DNA of 64,000 bases from Promethearchaeota archaeon (GTDB taxonomy: Archaea > Asgardarchaeota > Hermodarchaeia > Hermodarchaeales > Hermodarchaeaceae): positions 15,976 through 79,975 of the forward strand of contig JBHLPR010000004.1 in the NCBI GenBank assembly GCA_048939245.1, in the 5' to 3' direction. A program made the position numbers and the translations under genes. Below, piece after piece: positions 1-8,508 of the stretch (position 1 is the stretch's first letter; each line of letters starts with the position of its first letter). A model generated the notes under the pieces. That model was not told where the DNA came from and ran no database searches. It was given only the letters and a program-made list of their open reading frames with translations.

Positions 1-1
1 T

Positions 2-229
2 GGGTTCCCCTTTCCATTCTTGTTTTGGGGTCAACAGTGGCTTTACCTAATATTTGCATCCTTTGGAGCAATTGTTCTTGGAGCGATTCTCTTTGGATGG
101 TTATGTCTGCGGTGTGTGAATTTTTCTTGCCCTTTTAATCGCGTGCCCAAGAAGGAGATTTATGCCTTTTTGAAGGAACATCCTGAGATGAGAAAAGCCT
201 GGAGGAGAAAGCGTTACAAAGGAACATGA
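2..229 (+). CDS. Hypothetical membrane protein, 3' part (5'-truncated by window edge)
   Basis: Frame is open from position 2 (GFPFPFLFWGQQW...). Hydrophobic segment followed by CLRCVNFSCP and a basic tail. Confidence 0.6.
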   Translation, partial: GFPFPFLFWGQQWLYLIFASFGAIVLGAILFGWLCLRCVNFSCPFNRVPKKEIYAFLKEHPEMRKAWRRKRYKGT

Positions 230-240
230 ACCGAAATTGG

Positions 241-867
241 TTACTTCTCCTTATTTAATTTCAGGGCAAGTTTGGCAACGCGCGCTCCAACGAGTTGGCT
301 ATTCCGAATGGCGATTTCATCTTTAGGTGTTCCACGCCATGTGAAGCCTTCACTTTGGAGCCCGGTCATTCCAGCCCATGCTTCCTTTACTGGATCACCG
401 ACTCCCCCGGCTACAATCATTCCTTGCCCGAGTGCATAATTGATTATGGTAATTGCTGTGGTTTCTTGCCCTCCGTGCCTAAGACCTGCTGCAACAATAA
501 CGCCAACAATTTTATCGCGAAGGCGATGATCGAGCATTTTTCTTGTTCGTGAGCGGTCGATGAGGTTCTTAAGAAGACCTGGGACGGTGGAGAAGTACGA
601 TGGACTAGCAAAAATAATGCCATGGGCTGCTTCCATTTTATCGAGAACCTTCGGAACATCATCCTTGACATCCTCTGGACACGACCTTTGCCGAACGCAA
701 TTATCACAGCCAGTACAAGGTAGGATGTTATGATCTGCAAGGCGGAGTAGTTCGGTATTAACTTTGCCAACAGATTGGGCAGCTTCCAGCGATTTTGTTA
801 ACAGAAATTCCGAGCTGGATTTTTCTTTCTTTGGTGAGCCACAAATTCCCAAGACAGTGATTGTCAT
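241..867 (-). CDS. Iron-sulfur flavoprotein / NADPH-dependent FMN reductase (flavodoxin-like)
   Basis: GICGSP N-terminus, CTGCDNC...C cluster motif, ASPSYF, GGQET. Alternative start at 885. Confidence 0.85.
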   Translation of the reverse strand: MTITVLGICGSPKKEKSSSEFLLTKSLEAAQSVGKVNTELLRLADHNILPCTGCDNCVRQRSCPEDVKDDVPKVLDKMEAAHGIIFASPSYFSTVPGLLKNLIDRSRTRKMLDHRLRDKIVGVIVAAGLRHGGQETTAITIINYALGQGMIVAGGVGDPVKEAWAGMTGLQSEGFTWRGTPKDEIAIRNSQLVGARVAKLALKLNKEK

Positions 868-955
868 AATAAGATGCTTCAGCATTGGTTATTATAATCC
901 TTTACGGATTTCCCCAATATAATTCCTTGACCCTCTCAATGATAAGACAGCGAAA

Positions 956-1597
956 TCAACGTCGTTTTGATCCTTGAAGGCTTTGCTCAATGCGGTGAAG
1001 ACCACTAGGAGTATTCACATTAGTGAATGTGAGAAGTTTGCTGTCAAATCTTTGAAGGGCAGTAGTTGAAAGGTATATCACACGCCCGATATTATCAATC
1101 AGACATTGCATCCGTTTATTTTGTTCTTCAAGACACGTAGATGCCACTTCTTGGGCGATTTCTGTTGCATAAACTGAGTGGAGCGGTTCGACCCAGCCAT
1201 TAGGCCAGCGTGGAACAGCGGCATGATGGTTTTCGACCATACTCCAAAGAATCTCAAAAAACATTTCATGGATTAACGGAGAATCGCAAGGGAGTAATTG
1301 GGTATATGGGCTCTTAGCGTGTTGAAAGGCGGTTAAAGCCCCAGCTAGAGGGCAGCGGATATCAGTCTTGATGTCTGTGAAGATTTGTTCTTCAGAGTAA
1401 TGTGCAGAGAATAATTCACGATCCTCTATTGAATGGACGATTATGAGTATTTCATTTGCATAAGCTTCACAGGCATCCACCACATGTAAGAAAAGAGGTT
1501 TGCCTGCGACTATTGCAAGGGCTTTAGAGGGTTTGAAACGGTTACTTTGTCCACCGGCTAAGATCGCGACAGTAACTGGTTGCACTGCTAAATCCAC
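956..1597 (-). CDS. mobA: Molybdenum cofactor guanylyltransferase
   Basis: ILAGGQSNRF..K, PLAG, LLPCDSP, EPLHSVY, FTNVNTP motifs. Confidence 0.9.
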   Translation of the reverse strand: MDLAVQPVTVAILAGGQSNRFKPSKALAIVAGKPLFLHVVDACEAYANEILIIVHSIEDRELFSAHYSEEQIFTDIKTDIRCPLAGALTAFQHAKSPYTQLLPCDSPLIHEMFFEILWSMVENHHAAVPRWPNGWVEPLHSVYATEIAQEVASTCLEEQNKRMQCLIDNIGRVIYLSTTALQRFDSKLLTFTNVNTPSGLHRIEQSLQGSKRR

Positions 1598-1976
1598 TCA
1601 ACAACAAGCTGTTCATCCTTATGCGGCATCAGAAGTGAATAGAACTAAAAAGGTATTGATAAGCCGATTCATAAACCAAAAAACAGGGATAGTGTTGAAG
1701 GTATGGAATGTGGTCTCCCCTCCAACAACAAATTAATATTCACCCTAGAACCTAAAAGGGGCAAAAAGAAGGTTTTAAAACACCAAATTCTTCGAATAAC
1801 TTTAATTTTTTATATATTTTGAGGATAAAAACTGTAATAGCAGCCTAAAACTCTAAAAAACCTTTCTAAGACTTTTAAATAGGATTCTAAGTTTGAACTC
1901 ATAGAAAATATAATAGCAGAATAGCACTTTATTACATAAAAGTCGCCTATAAACCAATACACCAGGGATATGCAGT

Positions 1977-3365
1977 ATGTCCAAAGAAGCCTTTGACAAA
2001 CTAGAGAACCGAATCCTCTCACGTTTAGATCCACAGGATCGACGCGATGTGCGGAGCTTACTCCGGAATGTTACACTCTTTATTAGACGAATTGAGAGGA
2101 CACACCTTAGTGAAGGAGAAAAGAACTACCCGAGTCATCCACTTTTCTCTCACAGAGACCAAAAAGGAGGGCAAAATACAGCAGAAACCTTGCGTTATCG
2201 TTTACAATTTGTTGACCGATTTCACATTGATAAGAAGCAATACATCATCGATGTGTTGACCCAAAACGTACCCATGGGAGGTAAAAAACAATTATCAACC
2301 CGTAAAGCGCAAATCCTTTGGCAATTATTTCAAGATCCAATCATACCAAAATACCAAATTGCGAAGAAAATAGGTACGACACCTCGCACAGTTTCGAAGG
2401 ATTTAACGGAACTGGAACAGGATTATGCACTGCGCGTTTTCACGAATATTGATCCACATAAATTCCATTTAACCATGCGCATCATAATGTTTGAGACTTA
2501 CTCCTTTAATCATACTAAGAAGTTGGAAAAATTTGTATCAAACCATCGTGGGTTTCTACTATACTTTCGACTCGATCAAGACATGCGTCAAGGAACTGTC
2601 ACTTTTCGTTATCCAGACCAGCCAAATGGGCATCAAATGTTTGAGAAACGATATAGCTGGCTTAATGATGAATTCTTCAAAGAATCTTATCAGATTCAAG
2701 CCCTCGGACTATACCAATCGATTTCTTTCGAGATGTATAACCCAACAATACATGCATTCTCAATCGAACCAGAAATAGTGTCACAAGTTCCCTTTGATTA
2801 CAGTAGGCAGTCCATAGATACTCTTCCGCAACCTCGTGGATTTGACTTCACCGAGTCTTTTGATTTTGATCAAGCAGATTTTCTGTTATCAGGAATCTTG
2901 TATTCATCTGGACCTCTTACACACCCGGAGTACAAACAAAATTTGTTAGCCCGATTTGGAATTAATTACTCGATGAAAACAATCTGGAAAAAACAGCAAC
3001 GTTTACGAAAGGAGAAAGCGGGGTATCCGATGATTGAATTACAAATTCCGGGCTTCGATGAAGATATGATGCTAGTTGTATTCTGCACACCTAAAGCTAC
3101 TTCAGCGATTCGTGCCATCTCTGCTTTTCTTCCATCAGTGATGTTCATCAATACCAATTCTGGCTGCCTATTGCGGATTCAACGCCCTGTTCACACATCT
3201 GCTCTCACAGGTCAACTGATTCGGAAAATCCATAATCAACAAGGAGTAACTGATGTCAAACTACTTCGCTACAAACAAAGATTACAAACACCATTATTAC
3301 CTGCGATTGTCAATCGATGGAATGCAGCAGAACAAGAATGGCAGCTTGAAGAAGGAGACATTTAG
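1977..3365 (+). CDS. Uncharacterised protein with unknown N-terminal domain and duplicated Lrp/AsnC-like wHTH modules (paralog 1)
   Basis: HTH KYQIAKKIGTTPRTVSKDLTELE. Second module begins FDQADFLL. Aligns by eye with 3384..4817 and 8509..9945. Confidence 0.7.
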   Translation: MSKEAFDKLENRILSRLDPQDRRDVRSLLRNVTLFIRRIERTHLSEGEKNYPSHPLFSHRDQKGGQNTAETLRYRLQFVDRFHIDKKQYIIDVLTQNVPMGGKKQLSTRKAQILWQLFQDPIIPKYQIAKKIGTTPRTVSKDLTELEQDYALRVFTNIDPHKFHLTMRIIMFETYSFNHTKKLEKFVSNHRGFLLYFRLDQDMRQGTVTFRYPDQPNGHQMFEKRYSWLNDEFFKESYQIQALGLYQSISFEMYNPTIHAFSIEPEIVSQVPFDYSRQSIDTLPQPRGFDFTESFDFDQADFLLSGILYSSGPLTHPEYKQNLLARFGINYSMKTIWKKQQRLRKEKAGYPMIELQIPGFDEDMMLVVFCTPKATSAIRAISAFLPSVMFINTNSGCLLRIQRPVHTSALTGQLIRKIHNQQGVTDVKLLRYKQRLQTPLLPAIVNRWNAAEQEWQLEEGDI

Positions 3366-3383
3366 TCCACAAGGAGAGACAAT

Positions 3384-4817
3384 ATGATGACACTAAAACG
3401 AATTCAAACTGTAGGAACAAGAAACTCGCCTTCCATCGACTCAGATTTCATTGAAAATATAATATCGCGTTCTGAACCAGTAGAGGACCGAGATGATCTC
3501 CGCCAATTTCTCACAAATGTTCGTCTCTTCATTAAACGGGTGGATGGATTTGATTTAACCGAAGAAGAAAAAGAATATCCTGCGCATCCCCAGTTCAGCC
3601 ACCTTACATTTAGAAAAGGAAAGAATACAGCTGAAGGTCTTAAAGCCCGATTGAGAACTATCGATCGGTATCAGATTACGAACGTTCAGCAAATAATAAA
3701 CATCATTGCGTCAACAGCCGTCTCAAGTCAAATGGAAAGCCTTACACTTCGACAGATTCGTCTTATTGAAGAATTGCATAAAAAGCCTTTAGCAGCTCAA
3801 TATGAACTCGCTGAGAGACTTTTCACTACATCGCAGGTAATTCGACAGGAGTTGACACAGCTCCGTCAAAATTTCTCTTTGGCCGTTCTCTATGATTTTG
3901 ACTGTCACAAATTTCGACTAAATTCTTATGAGATAGATTTTCGCACTAAATCGCTTGATGCGTCTCAAGAATTGGAAACATATTTTCGGAGAACCCAGCC
4001 CACCTTTTTACAGCGCCTTAATTTTGACCATAATTATCGTGATGGATTCTTCTATTATTTCATACCAGATCAACCATCAGGGCAAAGAATGTTTGCAGAA
4101 CGAGTAGAATGGTTGAATTCCAATTTTCTTGAAGATTTATCGATATTTCAGGTCCACAGTTTTCAAATTGACATCTCATTCGAAAATTATAATCATTTGA
4201 CTGGAACATGGATGCTCAACGCAGATACCTTCTCAGCCGGAATGCTCCAGTTCTTATCACACCAAGAGCGAAGCCAGCTTCCGCCCCGTGGAATGATATT
4301 TGGTGACTTTAATCGTTTTGATAGGATTGATTTCATCATTGTGTCCACAGCATATGTCTTTGGGAAAAAGCGATATACGGATATTTGTCAGAAAGTGTTA
4401 GAACGGCACGGCTACTCATTATCTAGAAAAACAATATGGAATCGACTGAAGAAACTGTACCAGATGGGCACGATTTATCCATTGCTTTGGTATGATATTC
4501 CTGACTTTGAAGAGTTGGTCAAGTTTAGTATTATTTGTACTCCAGAGGCAATAGAACCGATTTACCGGCTCATTTCAATACTTCCGTACACCTACTCTTT
4601 AAGAACAGATGTAGGCATAACGTTCACGTTTCAAAGACCCAGTCGTTGTACTTCAATCACCGGATTATTAGTGGAGACATTTGATCAGATTGAAGGCGTT
4701 TCCAACATCAAGATAATCCGTTATGAACCCACCTTTAGCCCACAATTGTCTACCAAAACGGCAGACCGATGGGATGAAAGCCGCCAACGTTGGTTACCCC
4801 AGAAAGGCGACATCTAA
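3384..4817 (+). CDS. Uncharacterised duplicated-wHTH protein (paralog 2)
   Basis: HTH QYELAERLFTTSQVIRQELTQL. Second module FDRIDFII...SRKTIWNRLKKL. Ends GDI like paralog 1. AGGAG RBS upstream. Confidence 0.7.
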   Translation: MMTLKRIQTVGTRNSPSIDSDFIENIISRSEPVEDRDDLRQFLTNVRLFIKRVDGFDLTEEEKEYPAHPQFSHLTFRKGKNTAEGLKARLRTIDRYQITNVQQIINIIASTAVSSQMESLTLRQIRLIEELHKKPLAAQYELAERLFTTSQVIRQELTQLRQNFSLAVLYDFDCHKFRLNSYEIDFRTKSLDASQELETYFRRTQPTFLQRLNFDHNYRDGFFYYFIPDQPSGQRMFAERVEWLNSNFLEDLSIFQVHSFQIDISFENYNHLTGTWMLNADTFSAGMLQFLSHQERSQLPPRGMIFGDFNRFDRIDFIIVSTAYVFGKKRYTDICQKVLERHGYSLSRKTIWNRLKKLYQMGTIYPLLWYDIPDFEELVKFSIICTPEAIEPIYRLISILPYTYSLRTDVGITFTFQRPSRCTSITGLLVETFDQIEGVSNIKIIRYEPTFSPQLSTKTADRWDESRQRWLPQKGDI

Positions 4818-4826
4818 TTGAAGAGC

Positions 4827-5726
4827 TCATTTTGATTTGGAGTGGATTATTTTGAAAAAGTGGTCGACTAATTCATTAGCCACATTGATATCAGTGACTT
4901 GCTGCAACCCTTGCCATCCACTGCTGCTGTTAACTTCTGTAACAACTAATCCTTGTTCTGTTTCTAAGATGTCAACACCTGTATATTCAAGTCCAATTGT
5001 TTTTGCGCATTTTACTGCTAGATTGGCTAATTCGGATGTAAGAGGGTAAGGATGTGGTTCTGCCCCTTGTCTGATTGTAGTTTTCCAAGTATCTCCGATC
5101 CGAGTCATAGCAGCGATAGCTCTGTTTCCAATTACAAAGACCCGGATATCGCGATTTCCATGTTCGAGATATTCTTGAATATACATAACGTAGCGACTTG
5201 CCTCCAGTGAACGAAATACACGCCTGGCAATCTCATGGTCACTGACTCGAGTCATGCCCACTCCACCTGACCCGAACAGAGGTTTCACCACGACATCTTT
5301 GTAACGTCGAAAAGCGCGAAGACCATCTCGGGTATATTGTGTCACTGTTGTCCGTGGGACAGGTATTCCAGCTAATTCTAATAGCCTTAGAGTATAGTAT
5401 TTGTCTACTGCTTTTTCAACGGCCTGAGGACGATTCATAAAAGGAATACCAAGTCGCTCAAGGCAGTGAAGAGTATCCATTCGTAAAATAACCTGTTCCA
5501 ATGAGCCACCAGGAACTGCACGCGTAAATACTCCTTCCAAAGTGGTCAAATCTTCTTTTTTGAATTGAACACGCGGTCGTTTACCACCTACGCGGACAAC
5601 TGTTTCTATAATGTTGAAAACGACACAGTCGGTATCTCGGCGCTCAATTTCATCCACAACCCGACTTGTCTCCCAGCCCTCCGGTTCAGCTGAAGCGACT
5701 CCAACTCGTTTGATTTTTTTCGCCAT
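4827..5726 (-). CDS. RimK-family ATP-grasp alpha-L-glutamate ligase (MptN/Orf5-like tetrahydromethanopterin glutamate ligase, or CofF)
   Basis: VVKPLFGSGGVG, YIQEY, DIRVFV, GVDIL, EVNSS. GGSLEQVILRMD..LE.LG resembles the H4MPT-linked subfamily. Immediately downstream of cofE. Confidence 0.8.
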   Translation of the reverse strand: MAKKIKRVGVASAEPEGWETSRVVDEIERRDTDCVVFNIIETVVRVGGKRPRVQFKKEDLTTLEGVFTRAVPGGSLEQVILRMDTLHCLERLGIPFMNRPQAVEKAVDKYYTLRLLELAGIPVPRTTVTQYTRDGLRAFRRYKDVVVKPLFGSGGVGMTRVSDHEIARRVFRSLEASRYVMYIQEYLEHGNRDIRVFVIGNRAIAAMTRIGDTWKTTIRQGAEPHPYPLTSELANLAVKCAKTIGLEYTGVDILETEQGLVVTEVNSSSGWQGLQQVTDINVANELVDHFFKIIHSKSK

Positions 5727-5732
5727 TCTATT

Positions 5733-6515
5733 TCACCGACGAAAGAGGTCCCTTTCTGCTTCTCGAACAAGCATTCTTGCAGAGCCCCTACCTTTTTCAT
5801 AGGAGTATCCACGAATCACAATAACTGCGTTTCCTTCATCAGCTTCACCCATCAATAATTCAGCAGCGGATGCGAGTTCATCAGCGATTGCGATTTTGGT
5901 TGTGCGTAACTCATACCCAAAGAGGTCGGTCAACCCGATGTAATTTTTTATTGGTATAAACCCAGCAATGCCGATGGCGATATTAATCGCGCCTTCACGA
6001 AAGGGACGACCATGTGTATCGGAAATAATAATCGCAATCTCAATGCCCAATTGTGTTTTGATAGAATTTCTTATTTCATTCGCTGAACGATCTGGATCCT
6101 CGGGAAGTAATGTTACACATTCGTCTTCCGGAACATTTGAAGAATCGACACCAGCATTCGCACAAACATAACCATGTGGGGTTTCTACGATGAGATGACC
6201 TTGCTCAGCTCGCACAACCCTTTCTGAGGCTTGGAGGATAACTTCGACAAGTTCAGGTCGTTTATTCAGCTTATTTGCTATTTCAATAGCCTGAGTGGAG
6301 GGGGTAACCGTTGACAGTTTAATGATACGTCCCTCGGCGCGAGAAATGACAGTTTGGGCGATGATTAAGATATCACCATTTTGTAGCGAGAATCCACTTT
6401 TTCGACTTGCATCGCAAATCTGAACCCCGACATCATCGCCTTCTTTAATGATGGCTAAGCCGGGTAAGGAATGAACTGAATACGATGAGGAAATACCAGT
6501 GCTAGGTGAAGGCAT
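5733..6515 (-). CDS. cofE: Coenzyme F420-0:L-glutamate ligase
   Basis: ANAGVDSSN, LLPEDPDRSA, ISDTHGRPFREG, DLFGYEL, ADELASAAELLMGE, DLFR. Confidence 0.93.
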   Translation of the reverse strand: MPSPSTGISSSYSVHSLPGLAIIKEGDDVGVQICDASRKSGFSLQNGDILIIAQTVISRAEGRIIKLSTVTPSTQAIEIANKLNKRPELVEVILQASERVVRAEQGHLIVETPHGYVCANAGVDSSNVPEDECVTLLPEDPDRSANEIRNSIKTQLGIEIAIIISDTHGRPFREGAINIAIGIAGFIPIKNYIGLTDLFGYELRTTKIAIADELASAAELLMGEADEGNAVIVIRGYSYEKGRGSARMLVREAERDLFRR

Positions 6516-6656
6516 AATCAGGTCGTTCGGGACTCCGTTCTTCCCGCTTAAGAGTTTGCCGACGTCAAGGACGAATACTGAAGGAAACCTATAAAGACGA
6601 GAACCACTGCTGCAATCTTATCAGTGCATTACTGATTTCAGTGGAATACCTCGAGT

Positions 6657-7274
6657 GTGAAGCATATGGGCGATAAAATCATCAAATATCATGTCCAAAA
6701 AGACCAGTTGGTCCGAGTTCCCTCAGATTACCTGAGTGAGTTCGCTACGGGCGATGTGTACCTGGTTGACACGGGAAGTGTCATTTATTCATGGATTGGA
6801 AAAAAAGCCACTCCAGATGAACGTTTCATCGGAGCTATCACATCCGTATGGAAAGACCAAGATAGGAAGGGAGCAGCAAAGTTAGTCACGATTAGCGAAG
6901 GTAAGGAACCCAAAGAATTCTTGAAACTCTTCAAAGACAAAATCACGATTACAGAACAAGACACCGAAGGAATTCTAAAACGTGTAGCCCTCAAACACCA
7001 CGAATTCAAGCTGTTTCGTGTCCATATCGAAGACGATTTGAATTTGTATTATGAAGTCGACTGCTCGAAAGAATCCCTCGCGTCGGATGATGTCTTCCTT
7101 TTAGATACCTATAATGAAATCTATATCTGGCGTGGTCAAAAATCCACAGCATTTGAACGATGGGAAGCGATGAACATCGCCGAAGGTTACGATGCACAAC
7201 GCACAAGTCGTCAAGAAATCATTATTGTCGAAGAAGGCGAAGAGCCAGAAGACTTCTTAGAAATTCTCGATTAA
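6657..7274 (+). CDS. Two-domain gelsolin-like protein (Asgard eukaryotic signature protein)
   Basis: Two repeats: DVYLVDTG.VIYSWIGKKA...EGKEPKEFL and DVFLLDTY.EIYIWRGQKS...EGEEPEDFL. Start is GTG 6657 or ATG 6666. Confidence 0.88.
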   Translation: MKHMGDKIIKYHVQKDQLVRVPSDYLSEFATGDVYLVDTGSVIYSWIGKKATPDERFIGAITSVWKDQDRKGAAKLVTISEGKEPKEFLKLFKDKITITEQDTEGILKRVALKHHEFKLFRVHIEDDLNLYYEVDCSKESLASDDVFLLDTYNEIYIWRGQKSTAFERWEAMNIAEGYDAQRTSRQEIIIVEEGEEPEDFLEILD

Positions 7275-7417
7275 TTTCTCAGAAACAACAATGGTGTGGA
7301 GGTAACCAAGAAAGGGGAAGAAACCCTATCTTTTAGTAATAATACAGTAGGCCCCAGAGCCCTTCTTGGTCAATTTCCCACTGGTCATTTTCGCTTTTTC
7401 CCGACGCAGCCCATGTA

Positions 7418-7479
7418 AACCAGTCGAACTCTGCCCCAGTGCAGGCGAGAGACACTGGGACAGAGCACTGTGACTGGTT
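7418..7479 (-). other. Strong RNA hairpin at the 3' end of the small-gene pair
   Basis: AACCAGTC(7418-25)/GACTGGTT(7472-79) outer stem. 13-bp inner stem 7429-41/7453-65, fully paired (one G-U) only on the minus strand. Confidence 0.7.
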
Positions 7480-7825
7480 AAGTGGCTTCATCGAGGACTA
7501 AGCTAACAAATTTACCCAATCGACCCGTGTGTTGAATAGCCTTGATCAGTCGGGCCTCGTGCGTCGACTTCTTGACAAGAAGATGATTCTCTCGGACGAC
7601 AGCGAGTTCCGTGAGAAGGTCATAGAGTCGACGTAGTTCAACTCGATCGACTTGCTCAGAAAGGCGTTCCAGGAGGCGGAACACATCGGTCATTTCAACC
7701 TTCTCGAGCTGGTCAAGTTGCTCCGTGACATTATGCGACCGCAAATAGGATCGGGCTAGTCGTAAAATTGGGTCGCTTGCGTTTTCTGTCCCTGTGGTCA
7801 CGGCAATTCCCCTCAGAGTCGCCAT
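7478..7825 (-). CDS. Small helical hypothetical protein (115 aa)
   Basis: ATG at 7825 lies 1 nt after the stop of the upstream ORF (TAA-C-ATG), preceded by GGGGGTG. Confidence 0.7.
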   Translation of the reverse strand: MATLRGIAVTTGTENASDPILRLARSYLRSHNVTEQLDQLEKVEMTDVFRLLERLSEQVDRVELRRLYDLLTELAVVRENHLLVKKSTHEARLIKAIQHTGRLGKFVSLVLDEAT

Positions 7826-7826
7826 G

Positions 7827-8090
7827 TTACGCACCCCCGATGCTGGCGACGTTAGAGATTTCTTGACCATTGGGCTCAACGCGTACGCGAACTCCGCTGG
7901 GAGTCGCTTCAACGATGACCCGACCATTAAGGCCGCAGGTATCCTTGACTAATTCTAATAGCAAGGTACCAATTGCTCCGATTTCTCGGAGGTCTTCACA
8001 TCCCGTCTTCGGGGTAATACAGAGATCAATTGGGTAGGCGTCCGTGACGCCAATCATTCGCTGGGTTTCTTCCATCAGTTCTGTAGCCAC
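7827..8090 (-). CDS. Small hypothetical protein (87 aa)
   Basis: GTG start after AGGTGGAG. Spacing suggests translational coupling to 7478..7825. Confidence 0.6.
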   Translation of the reverse strand: MATELMEETQRMIGVTDAYPIDLCITPKTGCEDLREIGAIGTLLLELVKDTCGLNGRVIVEATPSGVRVRVEPNGQEISNVASIGGA

Positions 8091-8161
8091 TTTTTTCTCC
8101 ACCTTTCTAAACACAACTAGGAAAAATAAGAACGTGAACACAATGCCGTAGTGATATTCGT

Positions 8162-8429
8162 ACTGAGCAAGCCAACTCAGTTTATCCGTTCTTTAGAACG
8201 GCCAAACATCAGATGTCCACGGACCCATTGTGCGTTTTTCACATCCGGTAATTTTTCCCTTGCGAGTGTGTTTGCTGGAATCTATTACAAACAATGGATA
8301 CTAGCCTTTAAGTATCCGTTCAGAGAGCGGTGAACGGAGCTGACAAAAAAGCCGATTCATCGAAAAAAACCATCCAGAGCTTAGAATAGACTTTAAACAC
8401 GTTAATGGTGATGCATTCCTGTAACAGGA
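8162..8429. promoter_or_regulatory. Palindrome-rich divergent control region
   Basis: ACTGAG-N8-CTCAGT (8162-81), CCGTTCT-TT-AGAACGG (8186-8201), ACATC-A-GATGT (8206-16), GGATACT-N8-AGTATCC (8296-8317), TCCGTTCA-N8-TGAACGGA (8315-38), TCCTGT-A-ACAGGA (8417-29). Confidence 0.6.
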
Positions 8430-8508
8430 TTTTGAGTCATCTTCTATAATTTCAACTTTTCGTCAAAAGGAAACTTTTTATGCCTGTTTCTTTCTTTCTG
8501 ACGATGGT

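Noticed and set aside
7418-7479. Hairpin as SECIS or tRNA
   Set aside because: No AUGA/GA quartet, no cloverleaf, and no in-frame TGA in the adjacent genes.
7826-7927. N-terminal extension of the 149-aa ORF 7478..7927
   Set aside because: It overlaps the upstream ORF. The coupled ATG at 7825 with an RBS is a better start.
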